From: Fidelibacterota bacterium SCGC AAA160-B08
Lineage (GTDB): Bacteria > Fidelibacterota > Marinisomatia > Marinisomatales > Marinisomataceae
DNA length: 64,000 nucleotides
Assembly: GCA_000402755.1 (NCBI GenBank)
Contig: AQSD01000004.1
Span: forward strand, 1,366 to 65,365
Reading direction: 5' to 3'
Shown: piece after piece, positions 55,776 to 64,000 of the stretch
Layout of the letters: each line of letters opens with the position of its first letter
How positions within the stretch are numbered: position 1 is the stretch's first letter
Position numbers and translations under genes: made by a program
The notes under the pieces: model-generated
What the model was told of the DNA's origin: nothing
Database searches by the model: none
The model's input: only the letters and a program-made list of their open reading frames with translations

Positions 55776-55797
55776 AAAATAACAGAGAAAGGGTTTT

Positions 55798-56673
55798 GTG
55801 TTGGATACAAAAATTTTATCAGGAATAGAAGCAAGTCACGCTCTATATGATAGTCTGCATGATCGCATTCACACCTTAAAAGAAAAGGGTATTACTCCTG
55901 GATTAGCAGCTATTTTAGTCGGAGAAGATCCTGCGTCACAAATTTACGTTCGCAATAAAACAAAGCGCTTTGATGCTTTGGGACTCAAATCAGACCTTTA
56001 TCGCTTAGAAGACTCTGTTTCACAGAAAGAATTATTAGATTTAATCGCAAAAATTAATGCAGATGATAGCTTTCACGGTATTTTAGTACAACTGCCATTG
56101 CCAAAGCATATTGATAGCGACAAGGTTATCCATGCTATTGATCCAAAAAAAGACGTTGATGGGTTTCATCCAGAAAATGCTGGATTACTGTCAATAGGTC
56201 GACCAAGATTTGTTCCCTGTACACCTAAGGGGATTATGTTCATGCTAAAACACTTCGATGTTGATTTAAATGGGAAGCATGTAGTGGTGGTAGGTCGTAG
56301 CAATATTGTCGGAAGACCCGTTTCTGTTTTATCTAGCCTTAAATCTTTAGGAAACGCAACCGTAACGCTTTGCCATAGCGGTACATCTGATTTAAAGCAT
56401 TTTACACAACAAGCCGATGTTGTAGTCGCAGCCATGGGCTCTCCAGAATTTTTAGACGCTTCCTTTATTAAAGAGGGCGCTTGTCTTGTTGACGTTGGAA
56501 TTAATCGTATTGAACGTGATGGAAAGTCTGTTATTGTTGGAGATGTTAATCAGCCAAGCGTAACAGGTAAAGCCAGTTCACTTACGCCGGTACCTAGAGG
56601 AGTAGGTCCTATGACAATAGCTATGTTAGTAGAAAACACTATTGTGTCAGCAGAATTATTATTATTAAATTAA
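55798..56673 (+). CDS. folD: bifunctional methylenetetrahydrofolate dehydrogenase / methenyltetrahydrofolate cyclohydrolase
   Basis: 291 aa, GTG/TTG start. PGLA.ILVG.DPAS..YV..K, ILVQLPLP.HI, DVDGFHP.N.G, VVVGRSNIVG+P and TPVP.GVGPMT motifs. Confidence 0.95.
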   Translation: MLDTKILSGIEASHALYDSLHDRIHTLKEKGITPGLAAILVGEDPASQIYVRNKTKRFDALGLKSDLYRLEDSVSQKELLDLIAKINADDSFHGILVQLPLPKHIDSDKVIHAIDPKKDVDGFHPENAGLLSIGRPRFVPCTPKGIMFMLKHFDVDLNGKHVVVVGRSNIVGRPVSVLSSLKSLGNATVTLCHSGTSDLKHFTQQADVVVAAMGSPEFLDASFIKEGACLVDVGINRIERDGKSVIVGDVNQPSVTGKASSLTPVPRGVGPMTIAMLVENTIVSAELLLLN

Positions 56674-56700
56674 TTTTTTATTAAAATGAAGGTTTATAAC

Positions 56701-58488
56701 ATGAAAAAAATAGCATTAATAGTACTGTCCTTATTGTTTATGGGATGCGCAGGTAACAATATTGATCAGGACGAAATAAAGAAAGCCAATCAATTTTTTG
56801 AATCTATTTTCCAGGACAGGGTATTAGATAGTCCTGAATTTCAGACAAGATTAGGATATAAATCTAATTACGATCAATGGGATGACATTACCTGGATTAA
56901 AGCAAGAGAAGATATAAGACAAGCTCAGGAAGATTTAAAATATCTAAGAGAGAATATTAATATCGATAAACTAGATGATAAAACTGCAATTAGTTATCGA
57001 TTGATGGAAAAATCTTTACAAAGAACCATAGATTCTGATCCATATTTATTCCGTGGATATATGGTAACTCATCGCGGAGGAAAGCATTCTTCGATTCCAT
57101 CTTTTTTAATCAATTATCAGTCGATGGAAGATGAAAGAGATGTAAAAGATTATTTAGAAAGATTGCGTAATATTGGCCCACTCTTTGAAGACTTTATCGA
57201 TGAATTGAAGCTAAGAGATGAGCTTGGAACTATTGCACCTATGTTTGTTTATCCTAAGGCAATTGCTGTGTGTGAAAATATTATATCAGGCTATCCGTTT
57301 GAAGAGGTAAAAGAGCAAAATGTTATTTATGAAGATTTTGTTACAAAAATAGAAGCATTAGATCTAACAGATGCGATTAAACTACGTTATAAAAGTGAAG
57401 CCGAAGCTATCTTAGTTACAATAGTAAATTACTCTTATAGGACTTTAATCGACTTTCTTGGTGAGCAGCAACTAAAAGCTACTAATAATGACGGTGTTTG
57501 GAAGTACCCTAACGGTGCTGAATATTATCAATACAGCTTAGATAATTATACAACATTAGGATTAACTGCAGAGCAAGTACATCAAGTTGGATTAGATGAA
57601 GTCGCTCGTATTCATGAAGAAATTTATACTATTATGGAGACGGTTTCTTTTGAAGGTAATTTACAGGAATTTTTTGACTTCATGAGAACAGACCCACAGT
57701 TTTATTATCCGCAAGGACCTAAAGGGCGTCAAATGTATTTAGATCAAGTGAATGTGGTGGTTGACACAATATCTGCTCGCATTGAAGAGTTATTCTATGG
57801 ATTACCAAGTATTCCACTTGTTGTAAAAGCGGTCGAACCTTACCGTGAAGCTTCTGCTGGTATTGCATTTTATAGTCGAGGACAAGCTGATGGAAGTCGT
57901 CCTGGAATCTATTATGCTAATCTATACAACATGCAAGATATGCCAATTTATAAATTAGAAAACTTAGCTTATCATGAAGCAATTCCTGGACATCATATGC
58001 AGATTGCGATCGCATTGGAAGTAGAAGGAATGCCAAGCTTTAGAAAATATGGTGGATACAGTGTATTTTCTGAGGGATGGGCACTGTACTCTGAAACACT
58101 TCCAAAAGAAATTGGTCTTTATGAAGATCCTTATTCTGATTTTGGTCGTTTATCTGGAGAACTTTGGAGAGCCTGTCGCTTGGTAGTAGATACTGGAATT
58201 CATCATTACAGATGGACTAGAGAAGAAGGAATTGATTATTATATGAGCAATACAGCCAATCCAGAAGGAGATTGTGTTGGAATGGTAGAACGTCATATTG
58301 TATGGCCAGGCCAAGCTGTTTCTTATAAAATAGGTATGTTAAAAATTCAAGAATTACGTACTTATGCTGAATTATCTCTGGGGGCTAAATTTTCTCTTCA
58401 AGCCTTTCATGATATTGTATTAAAAAATGGAGGCGTACCAATGGATATTCTTCAAGATATTGTATATCAATGGGTAGGTAGTCAGTAG
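56701..58488 (+). CDS. DUF885-family lipoprotein (putative metallopeptidase-like)
   Basis: Lipobox LLFMGCAG. HEAIPGHHMQ motif and overall DUF885 pattern. ATG 56701 (AAGG 8 nt upstream) is preferred to the track's 56686. Confidence 0.75.
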   Translation: MKKIALIVLSLLFMGCAGNNIDQDEIKKANQFFESIFQDRVLDSPEFQTRLGYKSNYDQWDDITWIKAREDIRQAQEDLKYLRENINIDKLDDKTAISYRLMEKSLQRTIDSDPYLFRGYMVTHRGGKHSSIPSFLINYQSMEDERDVKDYLERLRNIGPLFEDFIDELKLRDELGTIAPMFVYPKAIAVCENIISGYPFEEVKEQNVIYEDFVTKIEALDLTDAIKLRYKSEAEAILVTIVNYSYRTLIDFLGEQQLKATNNDGVWKYPNGAEYYQYSLDNYTTLGLTAEQVHQVGLDEVARIHEEIYTIMETVSFEGNLQEFFDFMRTDPQFYYPQGPKGRQMYLDQVNVVVDTISARIEELFYGLPSIPLVVKAVEPYREASAGIAFYSRGQADGSRPGIYYANLYNMQDMPIYKLENLAYHEAIPGHHMQIAIALEVEGMPSFRKYGGYSVFSEGWALYSETLPKEIGLYEDPYSDFGRLSGELWRACRLVVDTGIHHYRWTREEGIDYYMSNTANPEGDCVGMVERHIVWPGQAVSYKIGMLKIQELRTYAELSLGAKFSLQAFHDIVLKNGGVPMDILQDIVYQWVGSQ

Positions 58489-58493
58489 ATTTT

Positions 58494-58814
58494 ATGATTA
58501 TTATCAAAACAACATCCGATAGCCATAAGACGATGAAAGATATCACCAATGCGCTACTTAATAAACGTTATGCTGCATGTGTTAATATTATTCCTCGTAT
58601 GCGCTCAAAATATGTCCTAGATGGACGTATTGTTGAGTCGAGAGAGGTTATGTTGCTTATCAAGACATCGCAAGATTTAGAGGCAAAGGTATATCAAACC
58701 ATTAAAGAGATGCACAACTATGATATTCCTGAGATTTCTACTATCTCAACAAGCAACGTAGATAAAGATTATTTAAAATGGATTAATGAATCACTTGAAT
58801 TAGAAAAAAAATAA
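58494..58814 (+). CDS. cutA: divalent-cation tolerance protein CutA
   Basis: 106 aa with AACVNI.P...S.Y...G.I....E..LLIKT.......+...IKE.H.YD.PEI. Confidence 0.85.
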   Translation: MIIIKTTSDSHKTMKDITNALLNKRYAACVNIIPRMRSKYVLDGRIVESREVMLLIKTSQDLEAKVYQTIKEMHNYDIPEISTISTSNVDKDYLKWINESLELEKK

Positions 58815-58957
58815 TGAACGACGACAACTATAAAAAATCTATATGGTATAGAATTGAGCGGTTCTTTGATAGGCATAACCATTTAATGGAGTTTATTAGA
58901 ACAATATTGGCACTGCTTGTGCTTACTCTGCAACTATATATTATTTCAAAATTGTAA
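58814..58957 (+). CDS. possible 47-aa tail-anchored small membrane protein (below the ORF-track cutoff)
   Basis: ATG overlaps the cutA stop (TAATG), with TAA at 58955-58957. It encodes MNDDNYKKSIWYRIERFFDRHNHLMEFIRTILALLVLTLQLYIISKL, with one C-terminal hydrophobic helix. It fills an otherwise empty 150-bp gap. Confidence 0.4.
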   Translation: MNDDNYKKSIWYRIERFFDRHNHLMEFIRTILALLVLTLQLYIISKL

Positions 58958-58967
58958 TAAGAGAAAA

Positions 58968-60071
58968 ATGAATCTAAATAATATTTCAGAGGGAAAAATT
59001 TTAAAGTATTTAGCATTATTCTTTACTGTTTTAATGCTATTAACTGCTGCAGTTGTCTTAGCTTTTAAGTCTCCTGGAAGCATTAAAGAGCAATTATATG
59101 ATCGTGCGGTTCAACCCTTACTTGTAATTCCACCAAATCAACCTGATGTACTACGTATAGTTTACACGGGTGTAAGTACTCCATTAACACCACATATTGC
59201 ACAACAAAGCGTTGTAATATCGATTAATAGTAGTAATTATGTTTTTGATTCAGGGTCACGTTCTACGGCGAACTTTATATCACAAGGTACCTTAGAAGCA
59301 GCCTCTATTGAAGCGGTCTTTCTAACGCATACCCATTCTGACCATATTGGAAGCTTAGGTGAGTTAGTATTATCATCCTGGGGGCGTGGACGAACAAGCG
59401 CAATGCCAGTCTATGGTGCAACGCAATTAACGCAAAATGTTGTGGATGGATTTAACTTAGCCTACCAACCAGATAGAATGCATCGTGTTACCCATCATGG
59501 AGAAGGTTTTTTTGATGCAGAACATGGATTGTTAAAGGCTTATATATTTGATACGCCAGCAAGTGAAATATCCGTCTTCAAAGATAGTAATATCGAAGTA
59601 TTTGCTTTTGATGTACCGCATGGACCTGTAGATGGTTCGGTTGGATATCGTATTGTAGCGGGTAGTCGCTCTGTTATTATTTCAGGTGATACAGACCTCA
59701 TGGATGACTATAGTTTTGCAAATGGAGTAGATGTGTTAATTCATGAAGCAATTTTAGAACAAGAAAGTGAAGAAATTAGTCGTGCAGCATATCGCGTTGG
59801 TAATGATCGTATGGGAGTGGTATTCCATGATATTCAAAATTATCATGCCAATTTAATGGACTATGAAGATCAACCAGGATTATTAAGTCGTTTAGAAGGT
59901 ATCGATATAGGAATGTTAGCATTGATTCATATCATTCCAGATAAAGACCAACCAATTGTTAAACGTGTACTAAGACGCTTTAAATCAGCTTCGTCACATG
60001 AAACAGTAATTGTTAAAGATAACATGGTAATGGAATTACCCTTAAACTCAGACAAGATTTTTATAAAATGA
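58968..60071 (+). CDS. metallo-beta-lactamase-fold hydrolase (RNase Z/ElaC-like family), membrane-anchored
   Basis: N-terminal TM, then the LTHTHSDHIG (HxHxDH) motif and later SGDT and LIHEA/H motifs. ATG 58968 is preferred to the track's 58917. Confidence 0.7.
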   Translation: MNLNNISEGKILKYLALFFTVLMLLTAAVVLAFKSPGSIKEQLYDRAVQPLLVIPPNQPDVLRIVYTGVSTPLTPHIAQQSVVISINSSNYVFDSGSRSTANFISQGTLEAASIEAVFLTHTHSDHIGSLGELVLSSWGRGRTSAMPVYGATQLTQNVVDGFNLAYQPDRMHRVTHHGEGFFDAEHGLLKAYIFDTPASEISVFKDSNIEVFAFDVPHGPVDGSVGYRIVAGSRSVIISGDTDLMDDYSFANGVDVLIHEAILEQESEEISRAAYRVGNDRMGVVFHDIQNYHANLMDYEDQPGLLSRLEGIDIGMLALIHIIPDKDQPIVKRVLRRFKSASSHETVIVKDNMVMELPLNSDKIFIK

Positions 60072-60730
60072 ATATTATAGACAGCCTAAAATGGCGTTAT
60101 GCCACCAAAAAATTTGATCCGGATAAAAAGGTCAGCGATACTGATATTGCTACCCTAAAAGAGGCGGTACGTCTTACCCCATCTTCTTATGGATTTCAGC
60201 TCTATAAAGTTATTGTCGTTACCGATCAAAAAATTAAAGATAAGCTCTACAAAGAATCGTATTATCAGTCCCAAATTCGTGATTGTTCGCACTTGTTTGT
60301 ATTCTGTAGTTACAAGACTGTAGACTCCAAACATATCGATGAATTTATTGATTTAATGGAGCAGGGAAGACAACAGGATCATGAGCGCGCTTATATAGAT
60401 AAAATGAAATCCAAAGCAAAGATTATGCTCTATGGAACAATAGCAAAAGCGGATATTGGACGACGCGATAAATCAGAAGCACTTCATTGGATGCAAAAAC
60501 AATGCTATTTGGCTATATCTCAGTTGATGGTAGCTTGTGCAGATATGCGTATTGATTCCTGTCCATTTGAAGGATTTAGTACAGAAGCGTATGATAAAAT
60601 TTTAGACTTAGGGGACAAGAACTTAACCTCGACAGTATTACTACCAGTTGGCTATCGCACAGAAGACGATCGTCATCAGTTTCGTACAAAAGTACGTAAA
60701 CCTCTCGATAAGCTTTTTGAAGACAGATAA
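60068..60730 (+). CDS. NAD(P)H nitroreductase family protein
   Basis: 220 aa with the N-terminal RYATKKFD FMN-binding motif, P.S.G.Q.Y, and C-terminal P.GY...........R.P. Confidence 0.8.
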   Translation: MNIIDSLKWRYATKKFDPDKKVSDTDIATLKEAVRLTPSSYGFQLYKVIVVTDQKIKDKLYKESYYQSQIRDCSHLFVFCSYKTVDSKHIDEFIDLMEQGRQQDHERAYIDKMKSKAKIMLYGTIAKADIGRRDKSEALHWMQKQCYLAISQLMVACADMRIDSCPFEGFSTEAYDKILDLGDKNLTSTVLLPVGYRTEDDRHQFRTKVRKPLDKLFEDR

Positions 60731-60760
60731 TTTTATCGTAAGTTGACATAACAATATCAT

Positions 60761-61885
60761 ATGCAATATTTCAATACAATTTTATTAATTATTATCGCGG
60801 CTCTAGCTGCGATGTCTTTTTTTCGAAAAAAAGATGAAAGCACTATTAGTAAAGATCAGCTAGAAAAAGATTTCAAAGCAATCGCTGATGACTTATTGGT
60901 AAATCAAACAGAAGCAACAGAGAGAAAAGTCGAAGACAAGCTTCATACTATCTTAGAGGGATTCGGAAAAGTTCAGAAAGAAAAATTTGATACTATAAGT
61001 ACAAAAACAAAAGATATGACTGAGTTGATCACAAGGATGGAGCAAGATAGAACAGAGTCGGTAGGAAAGCAAACCGAGTTAATTCGTACAATGTTATCAA
61101 GCACCGATAATATTAGTCGCGTTATGAACTCTCCAGGACCTAGAGGTAAATGGGGCGAAATGCAAGTACGTCAAATTTTAGAAGCAGCTGGATTTAAAGA
61201 AGATGTTCACTTTCAATACAATAAGAAATCTCAATTAGGATCTGATCGTCCTGATTTTGTTGTAAATGGTGCTGATGGCAAAAAAATTATTCTTGATGCA
61301 AAAGTTCCTTTTACCGCATTTGAAGAATCCACTAAAATCGATGATCCAAATGAGATAAAACGTTTATATAAAAAGCATGCAACAGAAACTCGTGCACATA
61401 TGGACAAATTAGCAAAAAGCTGTTATTGGGATCAATATGAAGATGCAGCTCCGTTCGTATTGATGGTTTTACCAGCAGAGTCATTATTATATGCAGCTTT
61501 TCAATCAGATGATTCTTTGTTTAAGGACGGTATTGATAAACAAGTCTATATATGTTCTCCATTAAACTTACTTGCTACAATGCAAGTAATCGCTCAAGGG
61601 CATGTACATGTTAAGCAAAATGAGGATGCACGAAAAATTACTACAGCTGCTCGCGATCTTTTAAAGGTAGTGTCTGTTTTTAACGGCCACTTCAAATCTA
61701 TTGGAATGCACACAGAACGTCTATTCAAGTCGTTTAACTCTGCAGCAAAAACATTAGAAGTGAAAGTAAAGCCTAAATTGGAAAAATTAAGCGATATGGG
61801 TGTAGAACTTGAAAAAGGTAAGGATGTAGATCCTGGAATTAAAATGATTGAAGATGGTCCAATTGATATTTTTGAAGAAGAATAA
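60761..61885 (+). CDS. rmuC: DNA recombination protein RmuC
   Basis: 374 aa: N-terminal TM, a coiled coil, then RGKWGEMQVRQILEAAG, RPDFVV, IILDAKVP and VLMVLP, typical of RmuC. Confidence 0.85.
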   Translation: MQYFNTILLIIIAALAAMSFFRKKDESTISKDQLEKDFKAIADDLLVNQTEATERKVEDKLHTILEGFGKVQKEKFDTISTKTKDMTELITRMEQDRTESVGKQTELIRTMLSSTDNISRVMNSPGPRGKWGEMQVRQILEAAGFKEDVHFQYNKKSQLGSDRPDFVVNGADGKKIILDAKVPFTAFEESTKIDDPNEIKRLYKKHATETRAHMDKLAKSCYWDQYEDAAPFVLMVLPAESLLYAAFQSDDSLFKDGIDKQVYICSPLNLLATMQVIAQGHVHVKQNEDARKITTAARDLLKVVSVFNGHFKSIGMHTERLFKSFNSAAKTLEVKVKPKLEKLSDMGVELEKGKDVDPGIKMIEDGPIDIFEEE

Positions 61886-61910
61886 TTTTTAAACTTTTTG
61901 AGGATAAATA

Positions 61911-62780
61911 ATGAATACTAAAACAGCATCTATCGCAATAATAATTTCACTTATCATTGCAACGTTATTAATTAATGCAGGTAGTCAAGGAAGTGTTATC
62001 GTAAATGGCTGGCCTCTATTTGCTATTTGTGCTCCTATTGGCTTCTTATTGCATTGGACAGCTTTTCTGCCTTCTTATGCACTTAAAACAGATCATTATT
62101 TTGACCTCATTGGATCAACTTCTTATATAGCTACAGTTGTTACAGTGGCTATGCTGAGTCCATCTTTAGACACAAGAGACTTAATTATCTGTAGTATGAT
62201 TGTCCTTTGGGCTACACGCTTAGGTTTGTTTTTATTTACTAGAATTAAACAAGATGGAAAAGATGTGCGATTAGATGTAATTAAAACAAAATTTATTCGC
62301 TTTTTAAATCTGTGGACACTTGGTGGTTTATGGGTCTTAGTGACTATGGGGGCAGGTCTTGCTGCTGTCACATCAAACACATCTTTAGAGATAGGTTTAT
62401 TAGGATATATTGGAATTGGATTGTGGGTATTTGGTTTTGTTATTGAAGTCATAGCTGACAGTCAAAAAAGACAGTTTAGAAAAGATCCAAATAATAAAGG
62501 CGGATTTATTGCAACTGGGGTGTGGGCTTGGTCTCAACATCCTAATTATTTTGGTGAAATCACCTTATGGCTTGGTGTTGCCTTGTTAGCATTTCCAGTC
62601 CTTTCTGGATGGCAATTGGCTACATTGATATCACCCGTTTTTGTCTACTTACTATTAACGAAGGTAAGTGGTATCAATTTACTGGATGAGATTGCAAAAG
62701 AACGATGGGGTTCAGATCCTGAGTACTTAGCATACACAAAACGAACATCAAAATTACTCTTACTTCCTCCTGAGAAATAA
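61911..62780 (+). CDS. DUF1295 / steroid 5-alpha-reductase-superfamily membrane protein
   Basis: 289 aa, polytopic. GVWAWSQHPNYFGEITLWLG matches the DUF1295 signature. Confidence 0.75.
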   Translation: MNTKTASIAIIISLIIATLLINAGSQGSVIVNGWPLFAICAPIGFLLHWTAFLPSYALKTDHYFDLIGSTSYIATVVTVAMLSPSLDTRDLIICSMIVLWATRLGLFLFTRIKQDGKDVRLDVIKTKFIRFLNLWTLGGLWVLVTMGAGLAAVTSNTSLEIGLLGYIGIGLWVFGFVIEVIADSQKRQFRKDPNNKGGFIATGVWAWSQHPNYFGEITLWLGVALLAFPVLSGWQLATLISPVFVYLLLTKVSGINLLDEIAKERWGSDPEYLAYTKRTSKLLLLPPEK

Positions 62781-62800
62781 GCATTGCGTAAATTTTATTC

Positions 62801-63823
62801 ATGAGATATTTATTCTACGTAACTCTTTCATACTCTTTTAGCGTTTTGCGACCAATTGAAATAGCTATTAATAGACAAGGAGGTACTGTTGCTTGGTTTA
62901 TACCTGAGGGCAGTGAGGCAGAAAAATTTCTACAGCCAACCGATCATCGTTTATCAGGCATTAAAGAGGTTAAAGCCTTTGCAGCTCATGCAACACTAGT
63001 GCCCGGTAATATCGTTCCTGATTTCTTTCCAGGAATCAAGGTGCAGGTATTTCATGGGTTTGATTCTGGTAAAAAGAATAAGTTCAATATTCGTGGCTTG
63101 TTTGATCTTTACTGCACACAAGGACCTAATATTACCAAGGGATTTGAAGGAATAGCAGATGGAACCTGCGAGATTGTTGAAACCGGCTGGTCAAAGCTAG
63201 ATCCATTATTTAGTCCTCATCCAGATACAGATAAATTTCGTACAGATCCACCATTAATCCTCTACGCACCAACCTTTTCTCCAAAGTTAACCAGTACATA
63301 TGCTCTCTATGATCATATAAAAAAATTACTAAAAGAGAAAGATTGGCAATGGATTGTCAAACTGCATCCCAAAGCAACGCAGGAAGAGGTTATTTTATAT
63401 AAAGGATTAGCATGCGATAACTTACGTTTTATCGAAACAGGAGAGATTACTCCGATTTTACAAGCAGCAGATGTCATTCTATCAGATACTTCATCTATTT
63501 TAGCGGAGTTTGCTTTGCAGGATAAGCTGGCAATTGCATTTAACAATCGACGCCCTGAACCTTGGATGTTAAATTTTACTAAAGCTCACTTATTAGAGAA
63601 ATTACTTGATAGGGCGTTATTACCTAATCGAGAGCAGTTATCAAAAGTAATTGAGTATGGCAATGCCATACATCCACATAAAGACGGCAAATCAAGCGAA
63701 CGCGCATTAAGCGCTATTAATTCTCTGATTGATTCCGGGATAGGGCATTTAAAAACAAAGCCATTGAATTTGATTCGTCGGTTCAAAATACGTAGAGAAT
63801 TAAAATACTATCATTGGGCATAA
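62801..63823 (+). CDS. CDP-glycerol glycerophosphotransferase (TagB/TagF)-like protein
   Basis: 340 aa. VQVFHGF, ILYAPTFSP, KLHPKA and LSDTSSILAEFALQDK..IAF resemble TagF-family motifs (from memory). Confidence 0.55.
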   Translation: MRYLFYVTLSYSFSVLRPIEIAINRQGGTVAWFIPEGSEAEKFLQPTDHRLSGIKEVKAFAAHATLVPGNIVPDFFPGIKVQVFHGFDSGKKNKFNIRGLFDLYCTQGPNITKGFEGIADGTCEIVETGWSKLDPLFSPHPDTDKFRTDPPLILYAPTFSPKLTSTYALYDHIKKLLKEKDWQWIVKLHPKATQEEVILYKGLACDNLRFIETGEITPILQAADVILSDTSSILAEFALQDKLAIAFNNRRPEPWMLNFTKAHLLEKLLDRALLPNREQLSKVIEYGNAIHPHKDGKSSERALSAINSLIDSGIGHLKTKPLNLIRRFKIRRELKYYHWA

Positions 63824-63844
63824 ACTAGTAGTACAATACAGCTC

Positions 63845-64000
63845 ATGTCCTTGCATTATAAAATTTCTGATAAATATTTACATCTAAAAGATTATCTATT
63901 AGATATTAAAACCAATATTGACAAGCACACTCATCTTATTAAGAATGCACGCAACCTTGTCGTTATTGTAAAAATTAAAGGAAAAAAGTATGTGGTGAAA
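63845..64000 (+). CDS. 5' end of an ORF, possibly an LPS/Kdo-kinase-like (protein-kinase fold) protein (partial)
   Basis: ATG 63845, open to the window end. ...IKNARNLVVIVKIKGKKYVVK resembles the N-lobe of lipopolysaccharide kinase-family proteins. Only 52 aa are visible. Confidence 0.3.
   Translation, partial: MSLHYKISDKYLHLKDYLLDIKTNIDKHTHLIKNARNLVVIVKIKGKKYVVK

Noticed and set aside
1-64000. Searched by eye for CRISPR-like regularly spaced repeats, IS/transposase ends, long inverted repeats, rRNA, tmRNA, RNase P RNA and defence-type gene clusters.
   Set aside because: None was found. Every gap over 60 bp was read, and the only repeats are the intragenic tandem repeats at 17848-18015 and the 73-bp-offset 5'-end duplication at 47840/47913.

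Overview
This 64-kb window has low GC: roughly 30-35% from hand-sampled lines, with patches near 40-45%. It is extremely gene-dense, and many neighbouring genes share 1-8 nt start/stop overlaps such as TAATG, ATGA and GTGA. More than 90% of genes lie on the + strand.

The content is overwhelmingly core housekeeping:
- pgk-tpiA-secG-tRNA-Leu, acpS, murA, trkA-trkH, uvrC and a CysK/CBS-family enzyme
- tldD/tldE, gltX, tadA, dnaX-ybaB-recR and pgsA-pgpA-cinA-recA
- an RlmD-like methyltransferase, an alanine:cation symporter, rnhB-lepB and an acyl-CoA ligase
- thrS-infC-rpmI-rplT-pheS-pheT-zapA, folD, cutA and rmuC
- seven tRNA genes

Family hallmarks recalled from memory (DUF5916/CBM9-like, an Omp28-like thioredoxin-fold lipoprotein, a DUF4295-like N-terminus, a TlpA-like redoxin), together with clear Shine-Dalgarno use, suggest a streamlined marine member of the FCB group. 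Marinimicrobia-like is one possibility. This placement is inference only.

I found no CRISPR array, transposase, integrase, prophage, restriction-modification, toxin-antitoxin or recognisable defence cluster, and no intergenic gap over about 180 bp that could hold a large ncRNA. I cannot honestly point to a clear novel multi-gene system.

The most unusual observations are architectural:
- A tRNA-Arg(ACG) gene ends 3 nt before tadA, the enzyme that edits that tRNA.
- Three further tRNA genes abut SD-less start codons, including a 2-nt gap before gltX.
- dnaX has a correctly framed A-AAA-AAA slippery site with a nearby -1 stop.
- infC starts at AUU and overlaps the thrS stop.
- UvrC lacks the C-terminal (HhH)2 domain, and its conserved N-terminus lies upstream of any canonical start.
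- A DUF4295-like protein carries an acidic tandem-repeat tail.
- A strongly SD-driven 22-codon ORF encodes only a lipoprotein signal peptide and duplicates the 5' end of the next gene.
- A beta-rich envelope protein is flanked by two CxxC thioredoxin-fold genes.
- Convergent genes sit back to back with no terminator.
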